Positions 17,605 through 27,941 of a stretch of DNA of 32,000 nt are shown here, in pieces. The translations under genes were made by a program, and so were the position numbers. Origin of the DNA: Mycolicibacterium smegmatis (GTDB lineage: Bacteria; Actinomycetota; Actinomycetes; Mycobacteriales; Mycobacteriaceae); assembly GCF_001457595.1 (NCBI RefSeq), contig NZ_LN831039.1, positions 2,550,001 to 2,582,000 on the forward strand, in the 5' to 3' direction. The notes under the pieces were generated by a model. It had not been told where the DNA came from and did not search any database. It saw only the letters and a program-made list of their open reading frames with translations. The first letter of the stretch is position 1. The number at the start of each line of letters is the position of its first letter.

Positions 17605-18293
17605 CCGATTCGCATGCAGCGCTGTTGGAGGCGCTGGGTGTGGCACTGCCTGCCGAGTTGTTGACGATCGCCCTGACCCACCGCAGCTATTCGTATGAGA
17701 ACGGCGGCCTGCCGACCAACGAGCGCCTGGAATTCCTCGGCGACGCCGTGCTCGGCCTGACCATCACCGAAGAGCTGTACCACCGCCATCCCGACCGTGC
17801 CGAGGGTGATCTCGCGAAGCTGCGAGCCAGCATCGTCAACACCCAGGCGCTCGCCGACGTCGGCCGCGGGCTCACCGACGAGGGCCTCGGTGCGCATCTG
17901 TTCCTCGGCAAGGGCGAGGAGAACTCCGGCGGCGCCGACAAGTCGAGCATTCTCGCCGACGGTGTCGAATCCCTCTTGGGTGCAATCTATCTCGAACACG
18001 GCCTGACCGTTGTCCGCGAGGTCATCCTGCGCCTGTTCGGCGAGCTCCTCGACACCGCGCCCACCCTCGGTGCGGGCCTGGACTGGAAGAGCAGTCTGCA
18101 GGAACTCACCGCGGCGCGCGGTCTCGGCGCACCGGCGTACGTGGTGACCTCGACCGGGCCCGATCACGACAAGGAGTTCTCGGCCACCGTGGTGATCGGC
18201 GAGGCCGAGTACGGCCACGGTGTGGGCCGGACCAAGAAAGAGGCCGAACTCAAGGCCGCCGCGAGCGCCTACAAGACGCTCGACGAGTCGTGA
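17601..18293 (+). CDS. rnc: Ribonuclease III
   Basis: GTG 17601 overlaps the yceD stop. The RNase III signature [12 protein letters not shown] is present, along with a C-terminal dsRBD ([35 protein letters not shown]). Confidence 0.96.
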   Translation: MTDSHAALLEALGVALPAELLTIALTHRSYSYENGGLPTNERLEFLGDAVLGLTITEELYHRHPDRAEGDLAKLRASIVNTQALADVGRGLTDEGLGAHLFLGKGEENSGGADKSSILADGVESLLGAIYLEHGLTVVREVILRLFGELLDTAPTLGAGLDWKSSLQELTAARGLGAPAYVVTSTGPDHDKEFSATVVIGEAEYGHGVGRTKKEAELKAAASAYKTLDES

Positions 18294-18299
18294 TCGCCG

Positions 18300-19157
18300 A
18301 TGCCTGAGCTTCCCGAGGTCGAGGTCGTCCGCCGCGGGCTGGCCGAGCATGTGACGGGAAAGACGATCACCGGTGTGCGCGTGCACCATCCGCGGGCGGT
18401 GCGTCGCCACGAGGCCGGCCCGGCGGATCTCACCGCACGACTGCTCGACGTGCGGATCACCGGCACCGGCAGGCGCGGAAAGTACCTGTGGCTCACCCTC
18501 GATGACTCCGCGGCGTTGGTGGTGCATCTCGGGATGAGCGGGCAGATGCTGCTCGGCCCGATCCGTGACACGCGGCACCTGCGCATCGCGGCGGTGCTCG
18601 ACGACGGGACCGCACTGAGCTTCGTCGATCAGCGCACGTTCGGCGGGTGGCAATTGACCGAGATGGTCACGGTCGACGGCACCGATGTGCCGGAGCCGGT
18701 GGCGCACATCGCGCGTGACCCCCTCGATCCGCTCTTCGATCGCGACCGTGTCGTCACGGTGTTGCGGGGCAAGCACTCCGAGATCAAACGTCAACTGCTG
18801 GACCAGACCGTGGTGTCCGGCATCGGCAACATCTACGCCGACGAGGCCCTGTGGCGCACGAAGATCAACGGGGCGCGCATCGCCGCGGCCCTGCTGCGCC
18901 GCCGTCTCGCCGAACTGCTCGACGCCGCGGCCGAGGTCATGACCGATGCCCTCGGACAGGGCGGCACGTCGTTCGATTCGTTGTACGTCAACGTCAACGG
19001 TGAGTCCGGGTACTTCGACCGGTCGTTGGACGCCTACGGCCGCGAGGGTGAGCCGTGCCGGCGGTGCGGTGCGATCATGCGCCGCGAGAAGTTCATGAAC
19101 CGCTCGTCGTTCTACTGCCCGAGATGTCAGCCGCGTCCGCGGGTGCCTCGGGTCTGA
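18300..19157 (+). CDS. mutM: Formamidopyrimidine-DNA glycosylase
   Basis: The N-terminal MPELPEVE (catalytic Pro2), an H2TH region and a C-terminal zinc finger CRRCG...CPRCQ are present. The gene begins 6 nt after the rnc stop. Confidence 0.96.
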   Translation: MPELPEVEVVRRGLAEHVTGKTITGVRVHHPRAVRRHEAGPADLTARLLDVRITGTGRRGKYLWLTLDDSAALVVHLGMSGQMLLGPIRDTRHLRIAAVLDDGTALSFVDQRTFGGWQLTEMVTVDGTDVPEPVAHIARDPLDPLFDRDRVVTVLRGKHSEIKRQLLDQTVVSGIGNIYADEALWRTKINGARIAAALLRRRLAELLDAAAEVMTDALGQGGTSFDSLYVNVNGESGYFDRSLDAYGREGEPCRRCGAIMRREKFMNRSSFYCPRCQPRPRVPRV

Positions 19158-19175
19158 CAGGTCGGTGGCAGCCGA

Positions 19176-19937
19176 TCAGTTGAAGCCCGGGAAGTTCGAC
19201 AGCGTCGGCGAATCGGACATGCACACCTTCCATTCGCCGCTCTCCTTGCGGAAATGCATTGTGCCCGTACTGCCTCGGCTCTCGATCTTCGCGGTGGCCT
19301 TGTCGCCGTCGACGGTGATGTCGCCGATCGTGGCGTTCGCGTCCGGCGTCTCCATCGGCGGGCTGTCGATCAGTGAGGGGTCGATGCCGAGTTCTTCGAG
19401 CGCCGACATGTCGAACAGGGCCTGATCGCCCGCACAGAAGTAGTTGTCCAGCGCGGTCGAGAAGTTGCTCGTGGATCCGACGTCCTTGAGCAGCTGCTGA
19501 ATGGCCTTCTGGTCGCTGGACTGCGAGGGCACCAGCAGGACGACGACGAGCGCGATGATCGCCACCAGGACGACCACGGCCGCGATGGCGCCGCCGATGA
19601 TGAGGCCCTTTTTGTTGCTTGAGGGCGGCTGCGGTTGCGGATACCCCTGCGGGCCGTACCCGTACGGCTGCTGCCCGTACTGGGGCTGCCCGTACTGGGG
19701 CTGCCCGTATTGCGGTTGCCCGTACTGCTGCTGTCCGTACGCGGGCTGCTGCGGATATCCGTAGGCCTGGGGGTCGTACTGCGGGGCCCCGTAAGCAGGC
19801 TGCGCGCCCGGTGCGGAACCCGGCTGGTAGCCCTGCTGTGCGTCGCCGTACTGCGGGTAGGCCTGCGGCGGCTGCTGCCAGGGACCGTCGGGTCCCGGCG
19901 GCGGCGATGCGGGCGGATTGCTCGGCGGGTAAGTCAC
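19176..19937 (-). CDS. Single-pass membrane protein with a Pro/Gln/Tyr-rich repeat N-terminus and a small extracytoplasmic C-terminal domain
   Basis: The start is GTG 19937, with GAGGAG 5 nt upstream on the minus strand. The N-terminus contains YGQPQ-type repeats. One TM segment is present (GLIIGGAIAAVVVLVAIIALVVVLLV). The C-terminal domain of about 100 aa has two Cys. The 124 upstream codons of the ORF overlap the divergent osmC promoter and gene and are rejected. Confidence 0.7.
   Translation of the reverse strand: MTYPPSNPPASPPPGPDGPWQQPPQAYPQYGDAQQGYQPGSAPGAQPAYGAPQYDPQAYGYPQQPAYGQQQYGQPQYGQPQYGQPQYGQQPYGYGPQGYPQPQPPSSNKKGLIIGGAIAAVVVLVAIIALVVVLLVPSQSSDQKAIQQLLKDVGSTSNFSTALDNYFCAGDQALFDMSALEELGIDPSLIDSPPMETPDANATIGDITVDGDKATAKIESRGSTGTMHFRKESGEWKVCMSDSPTLSNFPGFN
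19671..19745. repeat. 15-bp tandem repeat, 5 copies (2 perfect, 3 degenerate), encoding (Q)YGQP units
   Basis: The unit ctgcccgtactgggg occurs at 19671-85 and identically at 19686-700. Diverged copies are ctgcccgtattgcgg, ttgcccgtactgctg and ctgtccgtacgcggg. Confidence 0.85.
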
Positions 19938-20057
19938 TGTGCTCCTCAGCGGAAGGCGGTACGCCAGTCTATCCCCAGCACGGCCGGCCGGGGCGGCCGA
20001 CAATCGGGCTGAAACACTGCGGGAATACCCGCTCGGCGCGGCGTGTAGAAATAGCGC

Positions 20058-20477
20058 ATGACCGATCTCTGGGTTGAGCGTACGGGTGTGCGCCGCTACA
20101 CCGGCCGCAGTTCGCGGGGCGCCGAGGTGCTCGTGGGCAACGAGGATGTCGAAGGCGTGTTCACGCCGGGCGAGCTCATGAAGATCGCACTGGCCGCGTG
20201 CACCGGGATGGCGAGCGACCAGCCGCTGAGTCGCAGGCTCGGTGAGGATTACCCGGCCACCATCCGCGTGTCGGGTGCGGCCGACCGCGAACGCGAGGTC
20301 TACCCGCACCTTGAGGAGAAGCTCGAGATCGATCTGTCCGGTCTGTCGGAGGCCGACGTCAAGCGCGTGCTCACGGTCGTCGAACGCGCCGTCGACCAGG
20401 TGTGCACCGTGGGGCGCACGCTCAAGTCGGGCACGGAGGTCACGTTCTCGGTGGCCGACACCGTCCTGCCGAAATGA
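20058..20477 (+). CDS. OsmC/Ohr family peroxiredoxin-like protein
   Basis: The 139-aa product has the two conserved Cys contexts of the family (LAACTGM and QVCTVGR). The stop overlaps the acyP start (ATGA). Confidence 0.85.
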   Translation: MTDLWVERTGVRRYTGRSSRGAEVLVGNEDVEGVFTPGELMKIALAACTGMASDQPLSRRLGEDYPATIRVSGAADREREVYPHLEEKLEIDLSGLSEADVKRVLTVVERAVDQVCTVGRTLKSGTEVTFSVADTVLPK

Positions 20478-20770
20478 CCGGGCCGGGGCCTCGCCGCGAC
20501 GAGGCGCGTCTGAGCGCCTGGGTGCACGGGCGCGTGCAGGGCGTGGGGTTCCGCTGGTGGACCCGGGCGCGTGCGCTGGAACTCGGGCTGACGGGGTTTG
20601 CCTCGAACCGGCCCGACGGTCGTGTGCATGTTGTGGCGCAAGGGTCTCGTGAGGCCTGTGAGAAGCTGCTTGAGCTGCTGCGGAGCGGCGAAACCCCCGG
20701 GTCGGTGGACAAGGTGATCGCCGATTGGGCCGAACCCGACGCCACGATGACGGGGTTCAGCGAAAGGTAG
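20474..20770 (+). CDS. acyP: Acylphosphatase
   Basis: The signature VHGRVQGVGFRWWT is present and the protein is about 98 aa. ATG 20474 overlaps the osmC stop. Confidence 0.92.
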   Translation: MTGPGPRRDEARLSAWVHGRVQGVGFRWWTRARALELGLTGFASNRPDGRVHVVAQGSREACEKLLELLRSGETPGSVDKVIADWAEPDATMTGFSER

Positions 20771-20782
20771 CCGACGCGGCGG

Positions 20783-20788
20783 TAGGGT
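20783..20788 (+). promoter_or_regulatory. -10-like hexamer TAGGGT 8 nt upstream of the smc GTG
   Basis: It matches TANNNT at 20783-20788. The context cGGTAGGGTAAgg resembles the motif upstream of pca. Alternatively, AAGG (20789-92) could be a weak SD. Confidence 0.2.
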
Positions 20789-20796
20789 AAGGCGTC

Positions 20797-23700
20797 GTGC
20801 ACCTCAAGAGTCTGACGCTCAAGGGCTTCAAATCCTTTGCCTCGCCGACGACTCTGCGCTTCGAACCCGGTATCACCTGCGTCGTCGGCCCCAACGGTTC
20901 CGGAAAATCCAACGTCGTCGACGCGCTCACCTGGGTGATGGGGGAGCAGGGCGCCAAGACGTTGCGCGGCGGCAAGATGGAGGACGTCATCTTCGCGGGC
21001 ACGTCGTCGCGTGCCCCGCTCGGCCGCGCCGAGGTGACGCTGACCATCGACAACTCCGACAACGCGCTGCCGATCGAGTACTCCGAGGTGTCGATCACCC
21101 GACGGATGTTCCGCGACGGGGCGGGCGAGTACGAGATCAACGGCGCCAGCTGCCGGTTGATGGACGTCCAGGAACTGCTGAGCGATTCGGGTATCGGCCG
21201 CGAGATGCACGTCATCGTGGGCCAGGGCAAGCTCTCGGAGATCCTCGAGTCGCGCCCCGAGGACCGCCGCGCGTTCATCGAGGAGGCCGCGGGCGTCCTC
21301 AAACACCGAAAGCGCAAGGAAAAGGCGGTCCGCAAGCTCGATTCGATGGCCGCGAACCTCGCGCGCCTCACCGACCTGACCACCGAACTGCGCCGCCAGC
21401 TCAAACCGCTGGGCCGCCAGGCCGAGATGGCGCGCCGGGCCGCGACCATCCAGGCCGACCTGCGTGACGCGCGGCTGCGGCTGGCCGCCGACGACCTGGT
21501 GCGCAGACAGGTCGAGTTCCAGAATACCAATCAGGCCGAGACGGCGCTGCGCAAGGAGCACGAGGAGCTGACCGTGCGCCTGCAGTCGGCCACGGTCGAA
21601 CTGCAGGCCCACGAGGCCGCGGTGGCCGAGCTGACACGCCGCGCCGAAGCCGCGCAGCAGACCTGGTTCCGGGCGTCGGCGCTGGCCGAGCGGGTCGGCG
21701 CGACCGTGCGCATCGCGACCGACCGCGCCCAGATGCTCGACTCCGAACCTGAGATGTCCTCGGGCCGCGACCCCGATGCCCTGGAGGCCGAGGCCGAGGA
21801 GGTCGCCGAACTCGAAGCGCAGCTGCTCGACGAACTGTCCGAGGCGCGCATCGCGCTGGAGACGGCCCGTGCAGAGCTGGCCGAACGTGAGCAGATCGCG
21901 GCCGACGCCGAGCGTGCCCACATGGCCGCCGCGCGCGCCGAGGCCGACCGCCGCGAGGGCCTGGCACGCCTGGCCGGCCAGGTCGACACCATGCGCACGC
22001 GCGTCGAGTCGATCGACGAAGGCGTCCTGCGGCTCTCGGTCAGCATCGAGGAGGCCGCCGCCAAGGCCGAGCACGCGCAGGCCGAGTTCGAGGACGTGCA
22101 GAGCCGGGTCGGTGAACTCGACGCGGGCGAGGTCGGTCTCGACGAGCACCACGACCGCACGGTCGCCGCACTGCGTCTCGCCGACGAACGCGTCGCCGAA
22201 CTGCAGGCCGCCGAACGCGCCGCCGAACGCCAGGTCGCGTCGCTGCGCGCGCGCATCGAGGCGCTGTCGGTGGGTCTCGACCGTCGCGACGGTGCCGCGT
22301 GGTTGCAGAAGAACCACAGTGGCGGAGGGCTTTTCGGGTCCATCGGAGATTTTCTGAGGGTGCAGCCGGGTTACGAGGTGGCCGTGGCGGCCGTGCTCGG
22401 CGCCGCCGCCGACGCGTTGGCGGCCGAGAACTTCGGTGCGGCGGCCGCGGCGGTCGCCGCGCTCAAGGAGTCCGACGGCGGCCGTGCGGCGATCGTCCTC
22501 GGCGACTGGAACGCCATCGGCTCGTCACCACAGGCGGCCCTGCCACCTGGTGCGACGTGGGCGACCGACTTGGTGTCGGTGCCCGACCGCCTGCGCGGCG
22601 CGGTCACGGCGATGCTGACCGGCGTGGCCGTCGTCCCCGACATGGCCGCCGGGCTGGCGCTGGTGTCCTCACGCCCCGAACTGCGTGCCGTGACCACCGA
22701 GGGTGATCTCGTCGGTCCGGGCTGGGTCAGCGGCGGATCGGACCGCAAACCCAGCACGCTGGAGATCGCATCCGAGATCGACAAGGCGCGCGCCGAACTG
22801 GAGCAGGCCGAACGGCAGACCAGCGAGCTCGGCGCGGCGCTGTCGGGCGCGCTGGCCGAACAGTCCGCGCGCCAGGACGCCGCCGAGCAGGCGCTGGCCG
22901 CGCTCAACGAATCCGATGCCGCGATCTCGGCGATCTACGAGCAGCTGGCCCGGCTGGGGCAGGAGGCCCGCGGCGCCCACCAGGAGTGGCAGCGCCTGAT
23001 CAAGCAGCGCGACGAGCTCGAGGCCGGACGCACCAAGACCGTCGAGGAGCTGCGCGAGCTCGAGTCGCGGCTGTCCAACGCCGAGCAGACGCCGATGTTC
23101 GACATCGAGCCCGTCGACCGGCAGGAGACCGTCGCGGCCGCCGAGGCCGCCCGCGCGGTCGAGGTGGAGGCCCGCCTGGCCGTCCGCACGGCCGAGGAAC
23201 GCGCGAATGCCGTTCGCGGGCGGGCGGATTCGCTGCGCCGCGCGGCCGCGGCCGAACGTGAGGCGCGGGTTCGTGCCCAGCGCGCCCGCGAGGCCCGCGA
23301 GTACGCGGCGCGCGTCGCCGCGGCGGTGTCGGAGTGCGGGCGTCAGATCGCCGGGAAACTGAGTGCGGTGGTGGCCGCTGCGGCGCGCAGCCGCGACGAA
23401 CTCGCCACCGAACGGCAGCTGCGGGTGAACGCGCTCGGTGAGATCCGCGAGGAGGTCACCGCGCTCAACAACCGGATCAACACGCTCACCGACGCCCTGC
23501 ACCGCGACGAGATGGCCAAGGCCCAGGCCCAGCTGCGGATCGAGCAGCTCGAGGCCCAGGTGCTCGAACAGTTCGGCATGTCGGCCGGCGACCTGGTGGC
23601 CGAATACGGTCCGCAGGTGGCGCTGCCGCCCAGCGAGCTGGAGATGGCCGAGTACGAGCAGGCCAAGGAGCGCGGCGAACAGGTGACCGCGCCCGCGCCG

Positions 23701-24384
23701 ATGCCGTTCGACCGCGCGACACAGGAACGCCGCGCCAAGCGCGCCGAGCGTGAACTGGCCGAGCTGGGCCGCGTCAACCCGCTCGCGCTCGAGGAGTTCG
23801 CGGCGCTGGAGGAGCGCTACAACTTCCTGTCCACGCAGCTCGAGGACGTCAAGGCCGCCCGTGCCGACCTGCTCGACGTGATCGCCGACGTCGACAACCG
23901 CATCCTGCAGGTGTTCACCGAGGCGTACGCCGACGTCGAGCGTGAGTTCGAGCAGGTGTTCGCCACGTTGTTCCCGGGCGGCGAGGGCAGGCTGCTGCTG
24001 ACCGACCCGAGCGACATGCTGACCACGGGCATCGAGGTCGAGGCCCGGCCGCCGGGCAAGAAGATCAAACGCCTCTCGTTGCTGTCCGGCGGCGAGAAGT
24101 CGCTCACCGCGGTGGCGATGCTGGTCGCGATCTTCCGCGCGCGCCCGTCACCGTTCTACGTCATGGACGAGGTCGAGGCCGCGCTCGACGACGTCAACCT
24201 GCGCAGGCTCATCAGCCTGTTCGAACAGCTGCGGGAAAAGTCGCAGCTGATCGTGATCACGCATCAGAAGCCGACCATGGAGATCGCCGACGCGCTCTAC
24301 GGCGTCACGATGCGCGGAGACGGCATCACGACCGTGATCTCGCAGCGCATGCGCGGCCAGGAGCTGGTCTCCAACCCCAGCTGA
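20797..24384 (+). CDS. smc: Chromosome partition protein Smc
   Basis: The 1195-aa product has Walker [10 protein letters not shown], long coiled coils flanking a hinge, the signature LSGGEKS and Walker [13 protein letters not shown]. Confidence 0.97.
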   Translation: MHLKSLTLKGFKSFASPTTLRFEPGITCVVGPNGSGKSNVVDALTWVMGEQGAKTLRGGKMEDVIFAGTSSRAPLGRAEVTLTIDNSDNALPIEYSEVSITRRMFRDGAGEYEINGASCRLMDVQELLSDSGIGREMHVIVGQGKLSEILESRPEDRRAFIEEAAGVLKHRKRKEKAVRKLDSMAANLARLTDLTTELRRQLKPLGRQAEMARRAATIQADLRDARLRLAADDLVRRQVEFQNTNQAETALRKEHEELTVRLQSATVELQAHEAAVAELTRRAEAAQQTWFRASALAERVGATVRIATDRAQMLDSEPEMSSGRDPDALEAEAEEVAELEAQLLDELSEARIALETARAELAEREQIAADAERAHMAAARAEADRREGLARLAGQVDTMRTRVESIDEGVLRLSVSIEEAAAKAEHAQAEFEDVQSRVGELDAGEVGLDEHHDRTVAALRLADERVAELQAAERAAERQVASLRARIEALSVGLDRRDGAAWLQKNHSGGGLFGSIGDFLRVQPGYEVAVAAVLGAAADALAAENFGAAAAAVAALKESDGGRAAIVLGDWNAIGSSPQAALPPGATWATDLVSVPDRLRGAVTAMLTGVAVVPDMAAGLALVSSRPELRAVTTEGDLVGPGWVSGGSDRKPSTLEIASEIDKARAELEQAERQTSELGAALSGALAEQSARQDAAEQALAALNESDAAISAIYEQLARLGQEARGAHQEWQRLIKQRDELEAGRTKTVEELRELESRLSNAEQTPMFDIEPVDRQETVAAAEAARAVEVEARLAVRTAEERANAVRGRADSLRRAAAAEREARVRAQRAREAREYAARVAAAVSECGRQIAGKLSAVVAAAARSRDELATERQLRVNALGEIREEVTALNNRINTLTDALHRDEMAKAQAQLRIEQLEAQVLEQFGMSAGDLVAEYGPQVALPPSELEMAEYEQAKERGEQVTAPAPMPFDRATQERRAKRAERELAELGRVNPLALEEFAALEERYNFLSTQLEDVKAARADLLDVIADVDNRILQVFTEAYADVEREFEQVFATLFPGGEGRLLLTDPSDMLTTGIEVEARPPGKKIKRLSLLSGGEKSLTAVAMLVAIFRARPSPFYVMDEVEAALDDVNLRRLISLFEQLREKSQLIVITHQKPTMEIADALYGVTMRGDGITTVISQRMRGQELVSNPS

Positions 24385-24387
24385 GCC

Positions 24388-24407
24388 CCGGCCGACCCCC
24401 CGGCCGG
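24388..24407 (+). terminator. GC-only stem-loop just after the smc stop (no U-tract)
   Basis: CCGGCCG (24388-94) pairs with CGGCCGG (24401-07) across a 6-nt loop, starting 4 nt after TGA 24382-84. No U-tract follows, so terminator function is speculative. Confidence 0.2.
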
Positions 24408-24442
24408 TCGGCACCACCCCGCGCGGCTGAGACAATGGCCCG

Positions 24443-25945
24443 GTGACAGAAGGTGCCTTGATAGGTCTGTGGGTCGCGATCGCGGTCGTTGCCGTACTGC
24501 TCGTCGTTGCGATCGTCGTCGGTTTGGTCCGGTATCGGCGTCGCAAGATCAAGCTCTCGGCTCCCGAGCCCAAGAAGACGATCGACCGCTCGGGCGGCTA
24601 TACGGCGTCCTCGGGCATCACCTTCAGCCAGGGCGGCACGGCGCCGCCGGCCGAGCGGATCGACACCACGGGTCTGCCCGCGGTGGGCGACGACGCCACG
24701 ATCCCGCGCGATGCGCCCAAGCGGCCCATCGCCGACGTCCAGCTGCCCGAACCGGCCGTCGAGCCCGAGGCCCCGCCTGCGCGGGATTCCGTCGCCGCGC
24801 CTCCCGAGGCTCCCGCGCCGCCTGAGCCTGCTGCCGAGCCCGCCCCGGAGCCGGCACCCGAGCCGGCACCCGAGCCCGCCCCGGAGACCACGGCCGAGCC
24901 CGTCACCGAACCCGAACCGGTCGTCGAAGCTGCCCCCGAGGTGACACCACCGGTCACCGAGACCGCGCCGGTCGAGGCGCCGCCTGCGGCTCCCGAGGCG
25001 ACACCGTCGGCGATCGAGGAGATCGCGCCCGCAGAGGGCCGTCTGGGCCGGCTGCGCGGCAGGCTCGCCAAGTCGCAGAACGCGCTGGGCCGCAGCATGC
25101 TCGGCCTGCTCGGCGGCGGCGACCTCGACGAGGAGTCCTGGGAGGAGGTCGAGGACACCCTGCTGATCGCCGACCTCGGACCCGTGGTGACCGAATCGGT
25201 CATCGGGGCCCTGCGCACCGAGATGGCGGCCAAGAACGTGCGCACCGAGGCCGACGCGCGCGCCGTGCTGCGCGAGGTCCTGATGGCCGAGCTGAGGCCC
25301 GAACTCGACCGCTCGATCCGCGCGCTGCCGCACGCCGACAAGCCGTCGGTGCTGCTGGTCGTCGGCGTCAACGGCACCGGCAAGACCACCACGGTCGGCA
25401 AGCTCGCACGCGTGCTGGTGGCCGACGGACGGCGCGTCGTGCTCGGCGCCGCCGACACGTTCCGCGCCGCGGCCGCCGACCAGTTGCAGACGTGGGGCTC
25501 GCGCGTGGGCGCCGAGGTGGTCCGCGGACCCGAGGGCGCCGACCCGGCGTCGGTCGCGTTCGACGCGGTCGACCACGGCATCTCCGCGGGCGCCGACGTG
25601 GTCGTCGTCGACACCGCGGGCCGGTTGCACACCAAGACCGGTCTGATGGACGAACTGGGCAAGGTCAAGCGCGTGGTCGAGAAGCGCGCCGCGGTCGACG
25701 AGGTGCTGCTGGTGCTCGACGCGACCATCGGCCAGAACAGCCTGCCGCAGGCGAAGGTCTTCGCCGAGGTCGTCGACATCACCGGTGTGGTGCTGACCAA
25801 GCTGGACGGGACGGCCAAGGGCGGCATCGTGTTCCGCGTGCAGCAGGAACTCGGGGTGCCGGTCAAACTCGTCGGTCTGGGTGAGGGGCCCGACGATCTG
25901 GCGCCGTTCGAGCCGGGCGCGTTCGTCGACGCACTGCTGGGGTAG
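24443..25945 (+). CDS. ftsY: Signal recognition particle receptor FtsY with an N-terminal TM anchor and a Pro/Ala/Glu-rich linker
   Basis: The gene starts at GTG 24443 and has a TM helix (LIGLWVAIAVVAVLLVVAIVVGLV). The NG domain motifs are GVNGTGKTTT, DTAGR and TKLDG. Confidence 0.96.
   Translation: MTEGALIGLWVAIAVVAVLLVVAIVVGLVRYRRRKIKLSAPEPKKTIDRSGGYTASSGITFSQGGTAPPAERIDTTGLPAVGDDATIPRDAPKRPIADVQLPEPAVEPEAPPARDSVAAPPEAPAPPEPAAEPAPEPAPEPAPEPAPETTAEPVTEPEPVVEAAPEVTPPVTETAPVEAPPAAPEATPSAIEEIAPAEGRLGRLRGRLAKSQNALGRSMLGLLGGGDLDEESWEEVEDTLLIADLGPVVTESVIGALRTEMAAKNVRTEADARAVLREVLMAELRPELDRSIRALPHADKPSVLLVVGVNGTGKTTTVGKLARVLVADGRRVVLGAADTFRAAAADQLQTWGSRVGAEVVRGPEGADPASVAFDAVDHGISAGADVVVVDTAGRLHTKTGLMDELGKVKRVVEKRAAVDEVLLVLDATIGQNSLPQAKVFAEVVDITGVVLTKLDGTAKGGIVFRVQQELGVPVKLVGLGEGPDDLAPFEPGAFVDALLG
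24836..24883. repeat. 12-bp periodic coding repeat (EPAP)x4 in the FtsY linker
   Basis: The units are gagcccgccccg / gagccggcaccc / gagccggcaccc / gagcccgccccg (an ABBA pattern). Degenerate copies continue to about 24907. Confidence 0.8.
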
Positions 25946-26049
25946 CGCTGCGCCCCGGTCTGAAGGCGGGATCGCGGCGCCGCAGCGGGAGTGTTTGCGG
26001 GGCGTTACAGCCGGCGTTCGCTGTGCTACGACCTGTGCTTTGTCGGCGG

Positions 26050-26119
26050 GAAACATGAGCGTAACAGTGATCGGGATTGCGTTCACTTTCCGGAAACGCA
26101 ACGGCAGCACCGGCGAAAC
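26050..26119. promoter_or_regulatory. Phased array of GlnR-box-like pentamers upstream of amt
   Basis: GAAAC (26050) -n6- GTAAC (26061), then TTCAC (26082) -n6- GAAAC (26093), then GAAAC (26115). The pentamer starts are spaced 11, 21, 11 and 22 bp, which puts them on one helix face. This resembles the actinobacterial GlnR site gTnAc-n6-GaAAc. It lies 66-135 bp upstream of the amt start. Confidence 0.5.
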
Positions 26120-26184
26120 GCCGGCAACAGAATCTCATCGGGAGGCCGATCCGTCGGCGCACTTCCCAAGGAGGTTCACACAAA

Positions 26185-27534
26185 GTGGTCTTAGCCCTAC
26201 CTGACGAATCGTTCGCCGCATTCGACAGCGGCGATACGGCGTGGGTGCTCGCGAGCGCCGCGCTGGTGTTGCTGATGACGCCGGGCCTGGCGTTCTTCTA
26301 CGGCGGACTTTCTCGGCAGAAATCCGTACTGAACATGATGATGATGTCTTTTGGAGCCCTGGGCGTCGTCAGCGTTATCTACGTACTGTGGGGCTACTCG
26401 ATGTCGTTCTCGTCCGGCCACACCGGTGGCAGCGACATCGCGGGTATCTTCGACAACCCGTTCTCGCTGTTCGGCCTGAGCCAGCTGCTCGAGACGCGTG
26501 AGATCGACGGCACCGAGCTGTCGGTGATCGGCGGCTTCGGCACCGTCCCCGCGATCGTGTGGGTGGGCTTCCAGCTGACGTTCGCGGTGATCACCGTCGC
26601 GCTGATCAGCGGTGCGCTGGCCGAGCGCGTCAAGTTCGGCACCTGGCTGGTGTTCTCGGGCCTGTGGGTCACCCTGGTGTATTTCCCGCTGGCGCACATG
26701 GTTTGGGGCGGCGGCCTGCTGTCCGACAACGAGCGTGGCTTCGCGTCGTGGCTGTTCGGTACCACCGAAGGCGATGACGGATCCGTCTCGGCCACCGTCG
26801 CGCCGATCGACTTCGCCGGTGGCACCGTGGTGCACATCAACGCCGGTATGGCGGCCCTCGTGCTCGCGATCATCGTCGGACGCCGCCGCAACTTCGGCAA
26901 GATGGCCTTCCGTCCGCACAACATCCCGTGGGTCATGCTCGGCGCCGCGCTGCTGTGGTTCGGCTGGTTCGGCTTCAACGTCGGCTCCGAGGGCGCTGCC
27001 GATGCGGTCTCCGGCCTGGTCTGGGTCAACACCACCGCCGCGACCGCGGCCGCGATGCTGGGCTGGCTGCTGGTGGAGCGCATCCGTGACGGTCACCCGA
27101 CCAGCGTCGGTGCGGCCTCCGGTATCGTCGCCGGCCTCGTCGCCATCACGCCGGCCTGTGGTGCCCTGAGCCCGGTCGGCTCGCTGATCCTCGGCGCGAT
27201 CGCCGGTGCGCTGTCGGCACTCGCGATCAGCCTGAAATACAAGTTCGGCTACGACGATTCGCTCGATGTCGTTGGCGTGCACCTGGTTGCGGGCCTGTGG
27301 GGCACCGTCGCCATCGGCCTGTTCGCCACGGAGACCGGCCTGTTCTACGGCGGCGGCATCCAGCAGCTGGTCGTCCAGATCGTGATCGCCGTCGTGGCAA
27401 CCGTATTCACCGCCGTCATGACTGCCATCATTGCGTTGGCCCTCAAGCCGATGGGCTGGCGTGTGACAGATGAAGATGAGGCCACCGGTATCGATGAGAC
27501 CGAGCATGCGGAAACGGCTTACGAGCTCGCCTGA
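26185..27534 (+). CDS. amt: Ammonium transporter
   Basis: GTG 26185 is preceded by AAGGAGG (26168-74). The Amt/MEP signatures are DSGDTAWVLASAALVLLMTPGLAFFYGG, DFAGGTVVHINAG and the VHLVAGLWG region. The 36 upstream codons of the ORF are not used. Confidence 0.95.
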   Translation: MVLALPDESFAAFDSGDTAWVLASAALVLLMTPGLAFFYGGLSRQKSVLNMMMMSFGALGVVSVIYVLWGYSMSFSSGHTGGSDIAGIFDNPFSLFGLSQLLETREIDGTELSVIGGFGTVPAIVWVGFQLTFAVITVALISGALAERVKFGTWLVFSGLWVTLVYFPLAHMVWGGGLLSDNERGFASWLFGTTEGDDGSVSATVAPIDFAGGTVVHINAGMAALVLAIIVGRRRNFGKMAFRPHNIPWVMLGAALLWFGWFGFNVGSEGAADAVSGLVWVNTTAATAAAMLGWLLVERIRDGHPTSVGAASGIVAGLVAITPACGALSPVGSLILGAIAGALSALAISLKYKFGYDDSLDVVGVHLVAGLWGTVAIGLFATETGLFYGGGIQQLVVQIVIAVVATVFTAVMTAIIALALKPMGWRVTDEDEATGIDETEHAETAYELA

Positions 27535-27906
<372 letters not shown>

Positions 27907-27911
27907 GGCGC

Positions 27912-27941
27912 GGAGCGGTCTCGACCACAGTCGACCGCTCC
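27912..27941 (+). promoter_or_regulatory. Stable stem-loop between glnK and glnD (possible attenuator or mRNA processing/stability element)
   Basis: GGAGCGGTC (27912-20) pairs with GACCGCTCC (27933-41). A further 3 bp (GAC/GTC) pair across a 2-nt bulge, with a CACA loop. The structure starts 6 nt after the glnK stop, and no U-tract follows. Confidence 0.35.

Noticed and set aside
19938-20309. 124-codon upstream extension of the P/Q/Y-rich protein ORF
   Set aside because: It would overlap the divergent osmC gene and its upstream region. GTG 19937 has a GAGGAG SD at the ideal distance, and the extension has no membrane-protein or repeat character.
20440-22317. 625-aa ORF antisense to acyP and smc
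   Set aside because: It is a shadow ORF opposite the SMC head and coiled coil. The SMC frame is supported by Walker A/B and signature motifs.
24780-24960. Periodic short repeats in the ftsY 5' region as a possible CRISPR-like or VNTR non-coding array
   Set aside because: The repeats have 12-bp periodicity, are in frame, and encode the Pro/Ala/Glu linker of FtsY between the TM anchor and the NG domain. No spacers or conserved repeat termini are present.
24326-26110. 594-aa ORF antisense to ftsY
   Set aside because: It is a shadow ORF. The FtsY frame has the GVNGTGKTTT, DTAGR and TKLD motifs.
25991-26194. 67-aa ORF (GTG start) lying within the ftsY-amt intergenic region, which could have been a small protein or leader peptide
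   Set aside because: By hand count its third-position GC is only about 64%, versus the very high GC3 of real genes here. The product is Arg/Cys/His-rich with no SD. It also runs across the amt SD and start. The region is better explained as a regulatory leader with GlnR boxes.
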